From Deltaproteobacteria bacterium (GTDB lineage Bacteria; Desulfobacterota_D; UBA1144; Nemesobacterales; CSP1-2): a DNA stretch of 64,000 nt. The stretch is from contig JBQTHB010000003.1 in NCBI GenBank assembly GCA_052390235.1, positions 224,001 to 288,000 on the forward strand, read 5' to 3'. A model generated the notes under the pieces. The model saw only the letters and a program-made list of their open reading frames with translations. It was not told where the DNA came from and ran no database searches. Positions 50,047 through 59,147 of the stretch are shown piece by piece; the first letter of the stretch is position 1; every line of letters starts with the position of its first letter. The position numbers were made by a program, and so were the translations under genes.

Positions 50047-51054
50047 TTACGCATAGACAGGTTCGTCTTGTGCCGCCTCCTTCTGCGAGCGCACCCGGCT
50101 GAGGGCGGCAACCGGTGTGGCAAACGGCACGGACGTCCCGTTGTAGGCGCGAATCACATGGTAAGTGAGTAGGAGCTGCGCTAGGGCAAGCGGGTGGCTG
50201 TGGCGCGCCTCGACGCCGTCCTGATAAGAGCCAAGCTGCCGACCGGACAACGGACGCGGCTCGGGGAAATGAGCCAAAACGGCCTCTTCGAGTATCGTCG
50301 CACTCTCAGGGGTTACGCTTCCGTCAATCTCAAGAAAATCCGCCGGACGACCGCCGTCGCGCCCAAGCCTAAGGCGCATCCCAGGGGCGCGGGAATCATC
50401 AAACAAGTAACTCAGGTCAGGATGGGGTATCGTGGGGCGTAGCACAAAGCCGACGTTAAGGTCTCCATTCGCCCGCTCGGCGCTGATGCCTTCTGGGGGA
50501 TAGAACTTCATCACAATATCGGACGATTCCCTCTGGGGGCGGATGAAATCCTGCGAGTCGCCCTCGCGCTTGTCGAGTTCCGCCAGCACCTGCTCGACCG
50601 TGTAGCCGCGCTTTGTGGTGTCGCGCTTGACCTTCCATAGCCGCCGCAGGTCTTCAGGGGGGTCTAAATACACTTTTACGTCGTAGAATCGGCGCATCAC
50701 CGGGGAGTGGAAGCCAAGCAGTCCCTCGACGATGACAAACTCCTTGGGCTGAACGTACTCAGGGCGGATAATAGAGCCTGTGGAGTGGTCATAGACGGGT
50801 TTGAGAATCGGTTGCCCGTAGTGCAGTCGCTCCAGATGAAGCTCCAGAATGTCGAGGTAGTTGCAGTCCGGGTGGAGGGCCGTGATGCCGAGTTTCGCCC
50901 GCTCACGCCGGTCATATTTATGGTAGTCGTCGGTGCAGACGTGGGTAACGCGCTCCTCGCCAAGGAGGTTAACCAGCCCCCTCGTAATTGTGGTTTTGCC
51001 GGACGCGCTGTCGCCTACAATGCCAAGTATTATCGGTCGCTGCGGTGTGGTCAT
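50047..51054 (-). CDS. prk: Phosphoribulokinase
   Basis: GDSASGKTT, DDYH, KPVYDH, EGL, KVKRD...RGY; within the cbb operon. Confidence 0.92.
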   Translation of the reverse strand: MTTPQRPIILGIVGDSASGKTTITRGLVNLLGEERVTHVCTDDYHKYDRRERAKLGITALHPDCNYLDILELHLERLHYGQPILKPVYDHSTGSIIRPEYVQPKEFVIVEGLLGFHSPVMRRFYDVKVYLDPPEDLRRLWKVKRDTTKRGYTVEQVLAELDKREGDSQDFIRPQRESSDIVMKFYPPEGISAERANGDLNVGFVLRPTIPHPDLSYLFDDSRAPGMRLRLGRDGGRPADFLEIDGSVTPESATILEEAVLAHFPEPRPLSGRQLGSYQDGVEARHSHPLALAQLLLTYHVIRAYNGTSVPFATPVAALSRVRSQKEAAQDEPVYA

Positions 51055-51084
51055 GTTGCGTCTCCTCGCTTCTCGGCGGGATTA

Positions 51085-52032
51085 TTAATTATCCTCCGCC
51101 GACGCGTCAATTCCCCCTCGAAAAACACGGCTTTGTCGTATGTCGGCGGCGTCAATCCGCGCGAGTTCTCCTTTAGTAATCCGCCCCCCTCGGCTCACGA
51201 GGCGGCTCGCGTGCCGGAGCCTGAAGCGGTCAATTGCGTTGCGCACGCTTCGCCCGTTGGCAAAGTGGGGCTGACTAATCCTCAGCTGCAGATACTCCCG
51301 AAACGCCTCCCTCGCCTCGGCGTCGAAGCAGTACATCTGGCGCGCGAGGAGTAGCTCTCCAATGGCAGTCAGCTCGTCCATCGAGTAATCGGGAAAATCA
51401 ATGTGATGGGCGATGCGGGAGCGAAATCCTGGGTTATATTGAAAAAACGTGTCCATTCTATCTCTGTATCCGGCGAGGATTACAACTAAATCGTCGCGGC
51501 GGTTTTCCATCACCTGAAGGAGCATCTCAATGGCCTCCTGCCCGTAGTCGCGCTCGTTTTCAGGGCGGTACAGATAATACGCCTCGTCAATAAACAACAG
51601 CCCTCCGGCGGCTTTTTTGAGCGCCTCTTTGGTCTTCGGCGCAGTGTGTCCCACGTACTGCCCCACGAGGTCGTCGCGCGTTGCCACAACCAAGCGGTCG
51701 TGGCGCAGATACCCAAGGCTATGGAGAATTTTCGCCATCCTGAAGGCAACCGAGGTCTTTCCCGTGCCGGGGCGCCCTGTGAAGCTCATGTGGAGCGTCG
51801 GCGGGTCGGCGGCAAGCCCCGCCCTCTTGCGCAGGCTATCCACCAAGAGCAGAGCCGCAATCTCCCGAATGCGGGATTTCACAGGGGCAAGCCCGACTAG
51901 CTCGCGGTCTAGGTCGCCGAGAATATCGCCGATATTGGACGCGCGCCTAGTCTCGTCTATATCCAGATACAGCGTCTCGTTTTCTTCGGGCATTTCCAGC
52001 TCCGATACCGATTCCGCGTTTGTGCTTTTCAT
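51085..52032 (-). CDS. cbbX: Red-type Rubisco activase CbbX
   Basis: LVGLAPVKSRIREIAALL, GRPGTGKT, LVGQYVGHTAPKT, FIDEAYYLYRPENERDYGQE. Confidence 0.96.
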   Translation of the reverse strand: MKSTNAESVSELEMPEENETLYLDIDETRRASNIGDILGDLDRELVGLAPVKSRIREIAALLLVDSLRKRAGLAADPPTLHMSFTGRPGTGKTSVAFRMAKILHSLGYLRHDRLVVATRDDLVGQYVGHTAPKTKEALKKAAGGLLFIDEAYYLYRPENERDYGQEAIEMLLQVMENRRDDLVVILAGYRDRMDTFFQYNPGFRSRIAHHIDFPDYSMDELTAIGELLLARQMYCFDAEAREAFREYLQLRISQPHFANGRSVRNAIDRFRLRHASRLVSRGGRITKGELARIDAADIRQSRVFRGGIDASAEDN

Positions 52033-52070
52033 AAGGCCACTCCTCAGCTATTCATTCCGTCCCTCGTGAG

Positions 52071-52122
52071 CCGTCGGGCGCATCCCCCTGCCCCGAATTC
52101 CCCTCGCCAGATGCGCCGACGG
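52071..52122 (-). terminator. Stem-loop between cbbS and cbbX
   Basis: CCGTCGGGCGCATC ... GATGCGCCGACGG, 13-bp stem with one bulge, no U-tail. Confidence 0.5.
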
Positions 52123-52129
52123 TATTGCA

Positions 52130-52552
52130 TTAATCCCCATAACGCCGCCCCGAGGGATTCACCGCAGCGTAGGAGCGTATCGTGTATCTGATTTGACGGT
52201 CTGCAAACTCCGTCCTCTCAACGTGAAATCCCGGCTCATCCTTCGGGCGGTTTACGATGAAACTCATCGCTGTCGTCTGCCTGCCGAGAGAGCGGTCGTA
52301 GCCGCTTACCTTTATATAGCGATTCGGGAAAGCCTCTCGACACTCGGCGATGGCGCGCATTACGGCGGCGTGGTCATTCATATCGAACATGGGCAGTCCC
52401 CACATCTCCCAGTAGGTGTTGCGCGGGTGAGGGTCGTCTGTATGCTCAATTGAAACTGGCCAGCCGTTTTTGAGGCAGTAGCGCACTTGATAGGCTATCT
52501 CCTCGTCGGAGAAATCGGGCAGATATGAAAATGTGCCTTGAGTGATTCTCAT
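52130..52552 (-). CDS. cbbS: Rubisco small subunit (red type)
   Basis: [32 protein letters not shown], red-type C-terminal extension. Confidence 0.96.
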   Translation of the reverse strand: MRITQGTFSYLPDFSDEEIAYQVRYCLKNGWPVSIEHTDDPHPRNTYWEMWGLPMFDMNDHAAVMRAIAECREAFPNRYIKVSGYDRSLGRQTTAMSFIVNRPKDEPGFHVERTEFADRQIRYTIRSYAAVNPSGRRYGD

Positions 52553-52633
52553 CGAAAGCCTCCTTAATCTATATGATTTACGCCGCAAGATTCCGAGCAG
52601 GCATCGTCTACACGCTCATCTGCGCATCCCGAA

Positions 52634-54109
<1,476 letters not shown>

Positions 54110-54307
54110 CTAGATTGGGAATGCGCATTTATGGCACTGCCCATCCTTTTTTACTAATGGCGAGCAGAGCCAAGCCATCAGACGCCTCATGATAAATTTT
54201 CATCCCCCCTTCTGCCCTTGCAAAATCCCCGGCAGCCGCGCTCCAAGCGGATTCCCCTATCCACAGAGGCGCGGCCTGCGCGGAGAGATGGAGCATAAGG
54301 AGATAAT

Positions 54308-55690
54308 TTATTCATTGTCTAAGCCTCGCGCGAATAAATGCCGGATGGGGGCTTTAATCGCCTCGTCCATCCCATCCTGAAAGTTGATAAAATCCCCGAC
54401 AGCGAGCAGGCTATAGAGGGTGTCGAGGGGGAGTTTTTGCGTCAATGGGGAGTCTAAATCCGGCAGTTTCCCCTTGCGCAACTCCCGCCACTCGGATTCG
54501 GTCGGGGCGTAGAAAAAATCCCCGAACCCTGCCTCGTCGAAACGCTTGAAGAGATTGTCGCCGTCGGTAACCTCGGCGGACTGTCGAAGTTCCGTGAGAA
54601 ACTCCACAAATTCTGGCTCGACTCTGTACAGACGCTCGATTTTCTCCATTGCCAATTTCTCCCCTCCCAATTTTTCCAGGACTCTATCGGAAACCCCAAG
54701 CCTGTCTGAATAATCCGCATCGAGGCGATTTTTTATATCCCCCGGACCCATATCGCTCTGAGCGAAAAATTCCTTCAGCGCCGGGTAAGGCACGGTATAA
54801 ACGTCGCACCCAGCGGTCAGGGGTATCGTCTGCCATCTCCTCACGCTCGCCGCCATATTCAGGGTTTTCACGCCTAGGGTATTTCTAATACGCCTGATGT
54901 GCCTCTGAGTTTTGAGAGTCGTGTGTTCGCCGAGGAGTTCAGAGTCCATGCCCTGATTTAGCCTGCCGAGAAATATATTCGCGCGGTGAACATCAGCCAG
55001 CAGGGCGGCGGCAACGACTTGCCGCGCCGAGAAAGTGGCGGTGAAATTCACTGCAATTCCCTGCCTCTCAAGGCCGCGCGCAATGAGTAGCGAGTGCGGA
55101 TAATCGGGCGTGAAAGCCACTTTGACAAAGCAGTTCGGCACGGCTTGGGCGAGACACCAGCCGGCGCGCCTCGATGCCTCCGGGTCTTTGGCAAGAGCCG
55201 TGTGAAGCTCAAGGCTTATACGCCAAGTCCTATGGGCGGCGTAGGCGTTTAGCGCTTCGAGTCCGAGCCGTCCATTGATGATGCTATAAATCAGCGCCGC
55301 CGCCTCGTCAACGGTTAAATCCGGCTTCTCCTCTAGGAGCGCGCGTGTCCATGAGACGATATTATCCCCATCGCCGCCTCCAAAAAATCTGCCGAGTACT
55401 TTCATGATTAGGGGCTGATTCGTGGTATTGCCGTCTATCTCGGTATAGAGCTTCACGCCGTCGTCATCTTCAGTGTGGACTGCGAGGTCGTGGAGTTCCT
55501 CTCGGTCGGCGGTGTCGGCGTAAATGTGAGCCGTGCCGCAGTCCCTGAGGGCGGAGAGGAGCGGATGGGAGACAAACCCTACGGGCTTTGCGGGCGGCAA
55601 TTTTGCCTGAGCCGCTTTTATCAGCTTCACTAATCGTCTGTCCAATGCCATCGCATGGGTTTTGGGTTTCAGCGTCGCTATCGCACTCAT
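54308..55690 (-). CDS. Transaldolase-family protein
   Basis: YADTA, NTTNQPL, FVKV (Schiff-base Lys), VNFTATFSARQ, IFLGRL, AASVR; start taken at ATG 55690 (GGGAG RBS). Confidence 0.8.
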   Translation of the reverse strand: MSAIATLKPKTHAMALDRRLVKLIKAAQAKLPPAKPVGFVSHPLLSALRDCGTAHIYADTADREELHDLAVHTEDDDGVKLYTEIDGNTTNQPLIMKVLGRFFGGGDGDNIVSWTRALLEEKPDLTVDEAAALIYSIINGRLGLEALNAYAAHRTWRISLELHTALAKDPEASRRAGWCLAQAVPNCFVKVAFTPDYPHSLLIARGLERQGIAVNFTATFSARQVVAAALLADVHRANIFLGRLNQGMDSELLGEHTTLKTQRHIRRIRNTLGVKTLNMAASVRRWQTIPLTAGCDVYTVPYPALKEFFAQSDMGPGDIKNRLDADYSDRLGVSDRVLEKLGGEKLAMEKIERLYRVEPEFVEFLTELRQSAEVTDGDNLFKRFDEAGFGDFFYAPTESEWRELRKGKLPDLDSPLTQKLPLDTLYSLLAVGDFINFQDGMDEAIKAPIRHLFARGLDNE

Positions 55691-55733
55691 AAGTCTATCT
55701 CCCGATTCAGATGCCGTTTCAATTATATTAGGG

Positions 55734-55748
55734 GCAACTGCCGTGCCA
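55734..55748 (-). promoter_or_regulatory. Sigma-54 (-24/-12) promoter of the tal-cbb operon
   Basis: Minus strand TGGCACGGCAGTTGC matches TGGCACG-N4-TTGC; about 44 bp upstream of ATG 55690. Confidence 0.8.
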
Positions 55749-55778
55749 AGCGTCGTGGGCAACGCTAAATTCGCAGTA

Positions 55779-55801
55779 AATCAAACAATTTCAATAGCTT
55801 G
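55779..55801. promoter_or_regulatory. IHF-like binding site(s)
   Basis: AATCAAACAATTT and TTTCAATAGCTTG, each one mismatch from WATCAANNNNTTR, between promoter and candidate UAS. Confidence 0.45.
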
Positions 55802-55844
55802 CGATTGAGACAGAATTCTCTGCCAGATGGAGTTGCCGCACCGC

Positions 55845-55885
55845 TGAGACACCGCTGGCACAGCTAGTGAGACGGCGATGTCTCA
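55845..55885. promoter_or_regulatory. Candidate upstream activator sequences
   Basis: Perfect TGAGAC-N6-GTCTCA at 55868-55885, imperfect TGAGAC-N6-GGCACA at 55845-55862, extra TGAGAC half-site at 55806. Confidence 0.6.
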
Positions 55886-55958
55886 ATTTGACCCCTTCCA
55901 GTGGAGAGGCAAGAGAGGTGAGGAATACTGCCTCTGTTGGACTTCATCCTGCGGCTTT

Positions 55959-56137
55959 CGACAAAGCTTGGAATAAACTACGTCGAAGGGAGGCGAGTGA
56001 AAACAAGGGGCAAGATTCCTCTCTGCGTTCGGAATGACAGAGGGGAGAGGCTTGGATTGGAAATGACCCTTCATACCTAGACTCCGCTCAGGGCGCGGAT
56101 GAAATGGATTCCCGCTCAGGAGACTGCGGGAATGACA
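55959..56137. repeat. Composite palindromic repeat cluster
   Basis: GTCGAAGG...AGATTCCTCTCTGCGTTCGGAATGACAGAGG (also near 60600) and CTCCGCTCAGGG...GATGAAATGGATTCCCGCTC...GACTGCGGGAATGACA (also near 19300). Confidence 0.75.
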
Positions 56138-56236
56138 CCGTGGCAATATCACGGAGGGGCAGAGAAATACCGTTGACATTTCGGTATTGTCCATGCGACA
56201 ATTGAGAATAATCTATATGTCAAGGAGGGAGTCCCC

Positions 56237-57289
56237 ATGTTAAACAACCCATATTACTCGCAGGATGTCCACGGGCCCTTTGAGCTTTACGACATCGGCA
56301 ACCACACGCTCGAAGAAGGCGGCACAATACGGGGCTGCAAGCTCGCCCACGCGACCTTCGGCGCTCTGAACGCCGCAAAAGATAACGCCATCGTCGTTCC
56401 AACGTGGTACTCAGGCACGAGCAAAATCATGGAGCAGGTCTATATCGGAGCGAATCACGCCCTAAACCCAGAGAAGTATTTCATCATCGTCATAAACCAA
56501 ATCGGCAACGGGCTATCGAGTTCGCCGCATAACACGCCTTTTCCGGGCGGCATGGGCAATTTCCCCCATGTTAGAGTCGGCGACGACGTGCGCGCGCAAC
56601 ACAAGCTGGTTACGGAGAAATACGGCATCTCTAGCCTTGCCCTCGTCGTAGGAGGCTCGATGGGCGCTCAGCAGACTTATGAATGGGCAGTGAGATTCCC
56701 CGATATGGTAAAACGCGCCGCCCCGATAGCCGGAACTGCGCAGAACACAGAACACGATTTTCTCTATACGCAGACGCTGATGGACGCAATCACATCAGAC
56801 CCCGGATACAGGAACGGGTTTTATTCATGCAACACCGAGGTTCACGACGGATTAAGACGGCACGCCAAGATGTGGGCAGTGCTGGGTTGGAGCACCGAAT
56901 TTTTCCAGCAGAGGCGATATGCGGATTTAGGCTTCTCCTCGATGGACGATTTTCTCAACAGCTTTATGTTCTACTACTTCGGCTCGATGGATCCGAATAA
57001 TCTGCTGAGAATGGCGTGGAAGTGGCAGAGGGGGGACGTCGCCCGCAACACCGGAGGCGACCTCAAGGCGGCGCTCGGACGCATCAAGGCGAAGGTCTTT
57101 ACGATGCCGATTGACGAGGATATGTTCTTCCCGCCGAGGGACTGCGAAGCGGAGCAGAAGATGATTCCGAACAGCGAATTTCACGTGATAAAGAGCATTG
57201 ACGGGCATTTGGCGCTATTCGGCACTGACCCGAATTATATAGGGCAGGTTGACGCGTGCCTCAATAAACTGCTGGCGACTGCGGTTTAA
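56237..57289 (+). CDS. MekB-like acetyl-ester hydrolase (homoserine acetyltransferase-like alpha/beta hydrolase)
   Basis: HGPFEL, PTWYSGTSK, NQIGNGLSSS, GGSMGAQQ nucleophile, AWKWQRGDV, SIDGH; resembles Pseudomonas veronii MekB as recalled. Confidence 0.8.
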   Translation: MLNNPYYSQDVHGPFELYDIGNHTLEEGGTIRGCKLAHATFGALNAAKDNAIVVPTWYSGTSKIMEQVYIGANHALNPEKYFIIVINQIGNGLSSSPHNTPFPGGMGNFPHVRVGDDVRAQHKLVTEKYGISSLALVVGGSMGAQQTYEWAVRFPDMVKRAAPIAGTAQNTEHDFLYTQTLMDAITSDPGYRNGFYSCNTEVHDGLRRHAKMWAVLGWSTEFFQQRRYADLGFSSMDDFLNSFMFYYFGSMDPNNLLRMAWKWQRGDVARNTGGDLKAALGRIKAKVFTMPIDEDMFFPPRDCEAEQKMIPNSEFHVIKSIDGHLALFGTDPNYIGQVDACLNKLLATAV

Positions 57290-57305
57290 ATTTGGCAATT
57301 ACAAG

Positions 57306-57344
57306 CGGGCGCGGAAGGGCAGGGTCGGCGCTCTTCCGCGCCCG
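57306..57344. terminator. GC-rich hairpin between convergent genes
   Basis: CGGGCGCGGAAG ... CTTCCGCGCCCG 12-bp inverted repeat. Confidence 0.65.
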
Positions 57345-57385
57345 ATACGCCCAATGGCACATACACGATTTGGGACACCCCACAA

Positions 57386-58732
57386 TTAACTCCCGGACTT
57401 ATAATCGCGGGCTGAGAACTTGTGCTTAGCCATCAAGCGGTGAAACGTGCGGCGCGGCACTTTGGCAATTGCCGCCGCCTTGGTGATATTCCCCCTCGAT
57501 TCAATGAGATAATTTAGAATCTCCTGCCTCTCGTGGCGGTCAATGAAGCGGCCCTTATCCTCCAGAAATCCCCGTCCCGTCTCGCCGGCATCTATCGCCT
57601 GTACGTGGAACGGCAGATGCTCCGGCTCGATGGCGGAGGACACCGTCAGCACAACGGCCCTTTCTAGCACGTTTTCAAGCTCTCTGAGATTTCCGGGCCA
57701 TGAGTAGCCACGGAGATGATACATAGCCGCCGGGGATATTGCCTCGACCATCTTATTGACCTTAGCCCTAGCTTTGTCGAGAAAATGCACGGCGAGCCGG
57801 GGGACGTCCTCGATTCTCTCCCGTAGCGGGGGGAGAGCGATGGTAAAGGTATTGATGCGGTAAAAGAGGTCTTCGCGGAATTTCCCCTCGCGGATGGCGT
57901 ATTCCAAGTCCCGATTGGTGGCGGCGATGACCCTTACTGATATTCTCTTTGTGCGAACCTCGCCCACAGGGCGTATTTCGCCGGTCTGAAGGGTTCTGAG
58001 GAGTTTCGCCTGAGTGTCGGGGGACATATCGCCGATTTCATCGAGGAAAACAGTTCCGCCGTCGGCTTTTTCAAATAGCCCGATTCTATCCGAAGATGCG
58101 CCTGTGAACGCGCCGCGCTTGTAGCCGAAAAGCTCGCTCTCCAGCAGTCCGGCGGATAGGGCCGTGCAGTTGATTGTTACAAGAGGGAAGTTGCTAAGCG
58201 CGCTTCGGCGGTGAATGGCTCTTGCGGCGAGTTCCTTGCCCGTGCCGCTTTCGCCGCGAATCAGCACCGTGGTCGGAGTCGGGGCTACTTTGGCTATAAG
58301 CTCGGCGACCTGCCTCATTTTTGGATTATCGCCGATGACAAATTCCGAATCCGAGTTTTGCTCAAGCTCTCTGAGGGCGAGGCGGTAGCGCTCTTTTAGG
58401 GTTTTCGCCTGAGCCTGAGCCTCGATGAATTCCCAGAAAAGGCGCGCCCCCACGGGACCTATAAGCTCGGTTCGCTCGGATTTGAGGGAGTAAATCTCCC
58501 TGCAGGCTTCGGGGTTTCCAGTGGCATCAATTATGAGGTCGGCGGGTACGGAGGGAATGAGTTGCCTGTAGTCGGTCGTAACGGGAATCCCGAGTCCCTT
58601 TGCGATGACAAAGCCCACTGCCCGCTCGTCAATATCGGCGACCCCGACGACCTTAACCGCCGGGGCTTGGAAAAATAGATTGAGAAGCGCCTGCCCGCCC
58701 CTGCCCGCTCCAACTATTATGACTCGCTTCAT
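57386..58732 (-). CDS. Sigma-54-dependent activator (bEBP) with N-terminal Rossmann-fold domain
   Basis: N-terminal VIIVGAGRGG...VGVADID; GESGTGKE, ELFGYKRGAFTGA, FLDEIG, FREDLFYR, WPGNLREL; C-terminal Fis-type HTH. Confidence 0.92.
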   Translation of the reverse strand: MKRVIIVGAGRGGQALLNLFFQAPAVKVVGVADIDERAVGFVIAKGLGIPVTTDYRQLIPSVPADLIIDATGNPEACREIYSLKSERTELIGPVGARLFWEFIEAQAQAKTLKERYRLALRELEQNSDSEFVIGDNPKMRQVAELIAKVAPTPTTVLIRGESGTGKELAARAIHRRSALSNFPLVTINCTALSAGLLESELFGYKRGAFTGASSDRIGLFEKADGGTVFLDEIGDMSPDTQAKLLRTLQTGEIRPVGEVRTKRISVRVIAATNRDLEYAIREGKFREDLFYRINTFTIALPPLRERIEDVPRLAVHFLDKARAKVNKMVEAISPAAMYHLRGYSWPGNLRELENVLERAVVLTVSSAIEPEHLPFHVQAIDAGETGRGFLEDKGRFIDRHERQEILNYLIESRGNITKAAAIAKVPRRTFHRLMAKHKFSARDYKSGS

Positions 58733-58797
58733 CCGCTCTCCAAGAGAATTTATCTCGCTCTGAAATTTTCGCAGAGTAATTCCATCGAATATCAGGT

Positions 58798-59118
58798 CTA
58801 ATGCCCGCGTTGGGGCCAGGGGGCATCAAGGGGCCACCTGCAACGGTCAACCCCGCCCGACATTGACTCCATCTCGGCGAGGAGGTCGTCATAAAAGGCG
58901 CGCCACGCCGCAACCCCGGCATTCGGCGCCGGGAAATTTCCCGAAAAAAATAGCCACGCCTCTGGCATAGAATCGGTAGAAGAGGGACTAAACGGAAGCG
59001 ATTCGTCCGCCACTGCGGCGCGCCGCCAAGCGTATTCCTCGCCGCGCCGCTCGATATAGACCATCTCGCCGTCCAGATTTGAAGCCATAAGCTCGGAAAA
59101 CAGCTCTTCTCGGCTCAT
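58798..59118 (-). CDS. Hypothetical protein
   Basis: 106-aa ORF with GAGGAGGGGG RBS, co-oriented between the nuclease-like gene and the bEBP. Confidence 0.6.
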   Translation of the reverse strand: MSREELFSELMASNLDGEMVYIERRGEEYAWRRAAVADESLPFSPSSTDSMPEAWLFFSGNFPAPNAGVAAWRAFYDDLLAEMESMSGGVDRCRWPLDAPWPQRGH

Positions 59119-59147
59119 ACTCGCTCCCCCTCCTCAATATATTTGAT

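Noticed and set aside
54132..54146. Other TGGCAC hexamers (54132, 55856, 57355) as sigma-54 promoters
   Set aside because: No correctly spaced TTGC -12 element.
55691..55762. ORF-track TTG start of the transaldolase at 55762
   Set aside because: It overlaps the sigma-54 promoter; ATG 55690 has a plausible RBS.
56237..57289. metX (homoserine O-acetyltransferase)
   Set aside because: Lacks the HALTG motif; has PTWYSG typical of the MekB-like esterase branch.
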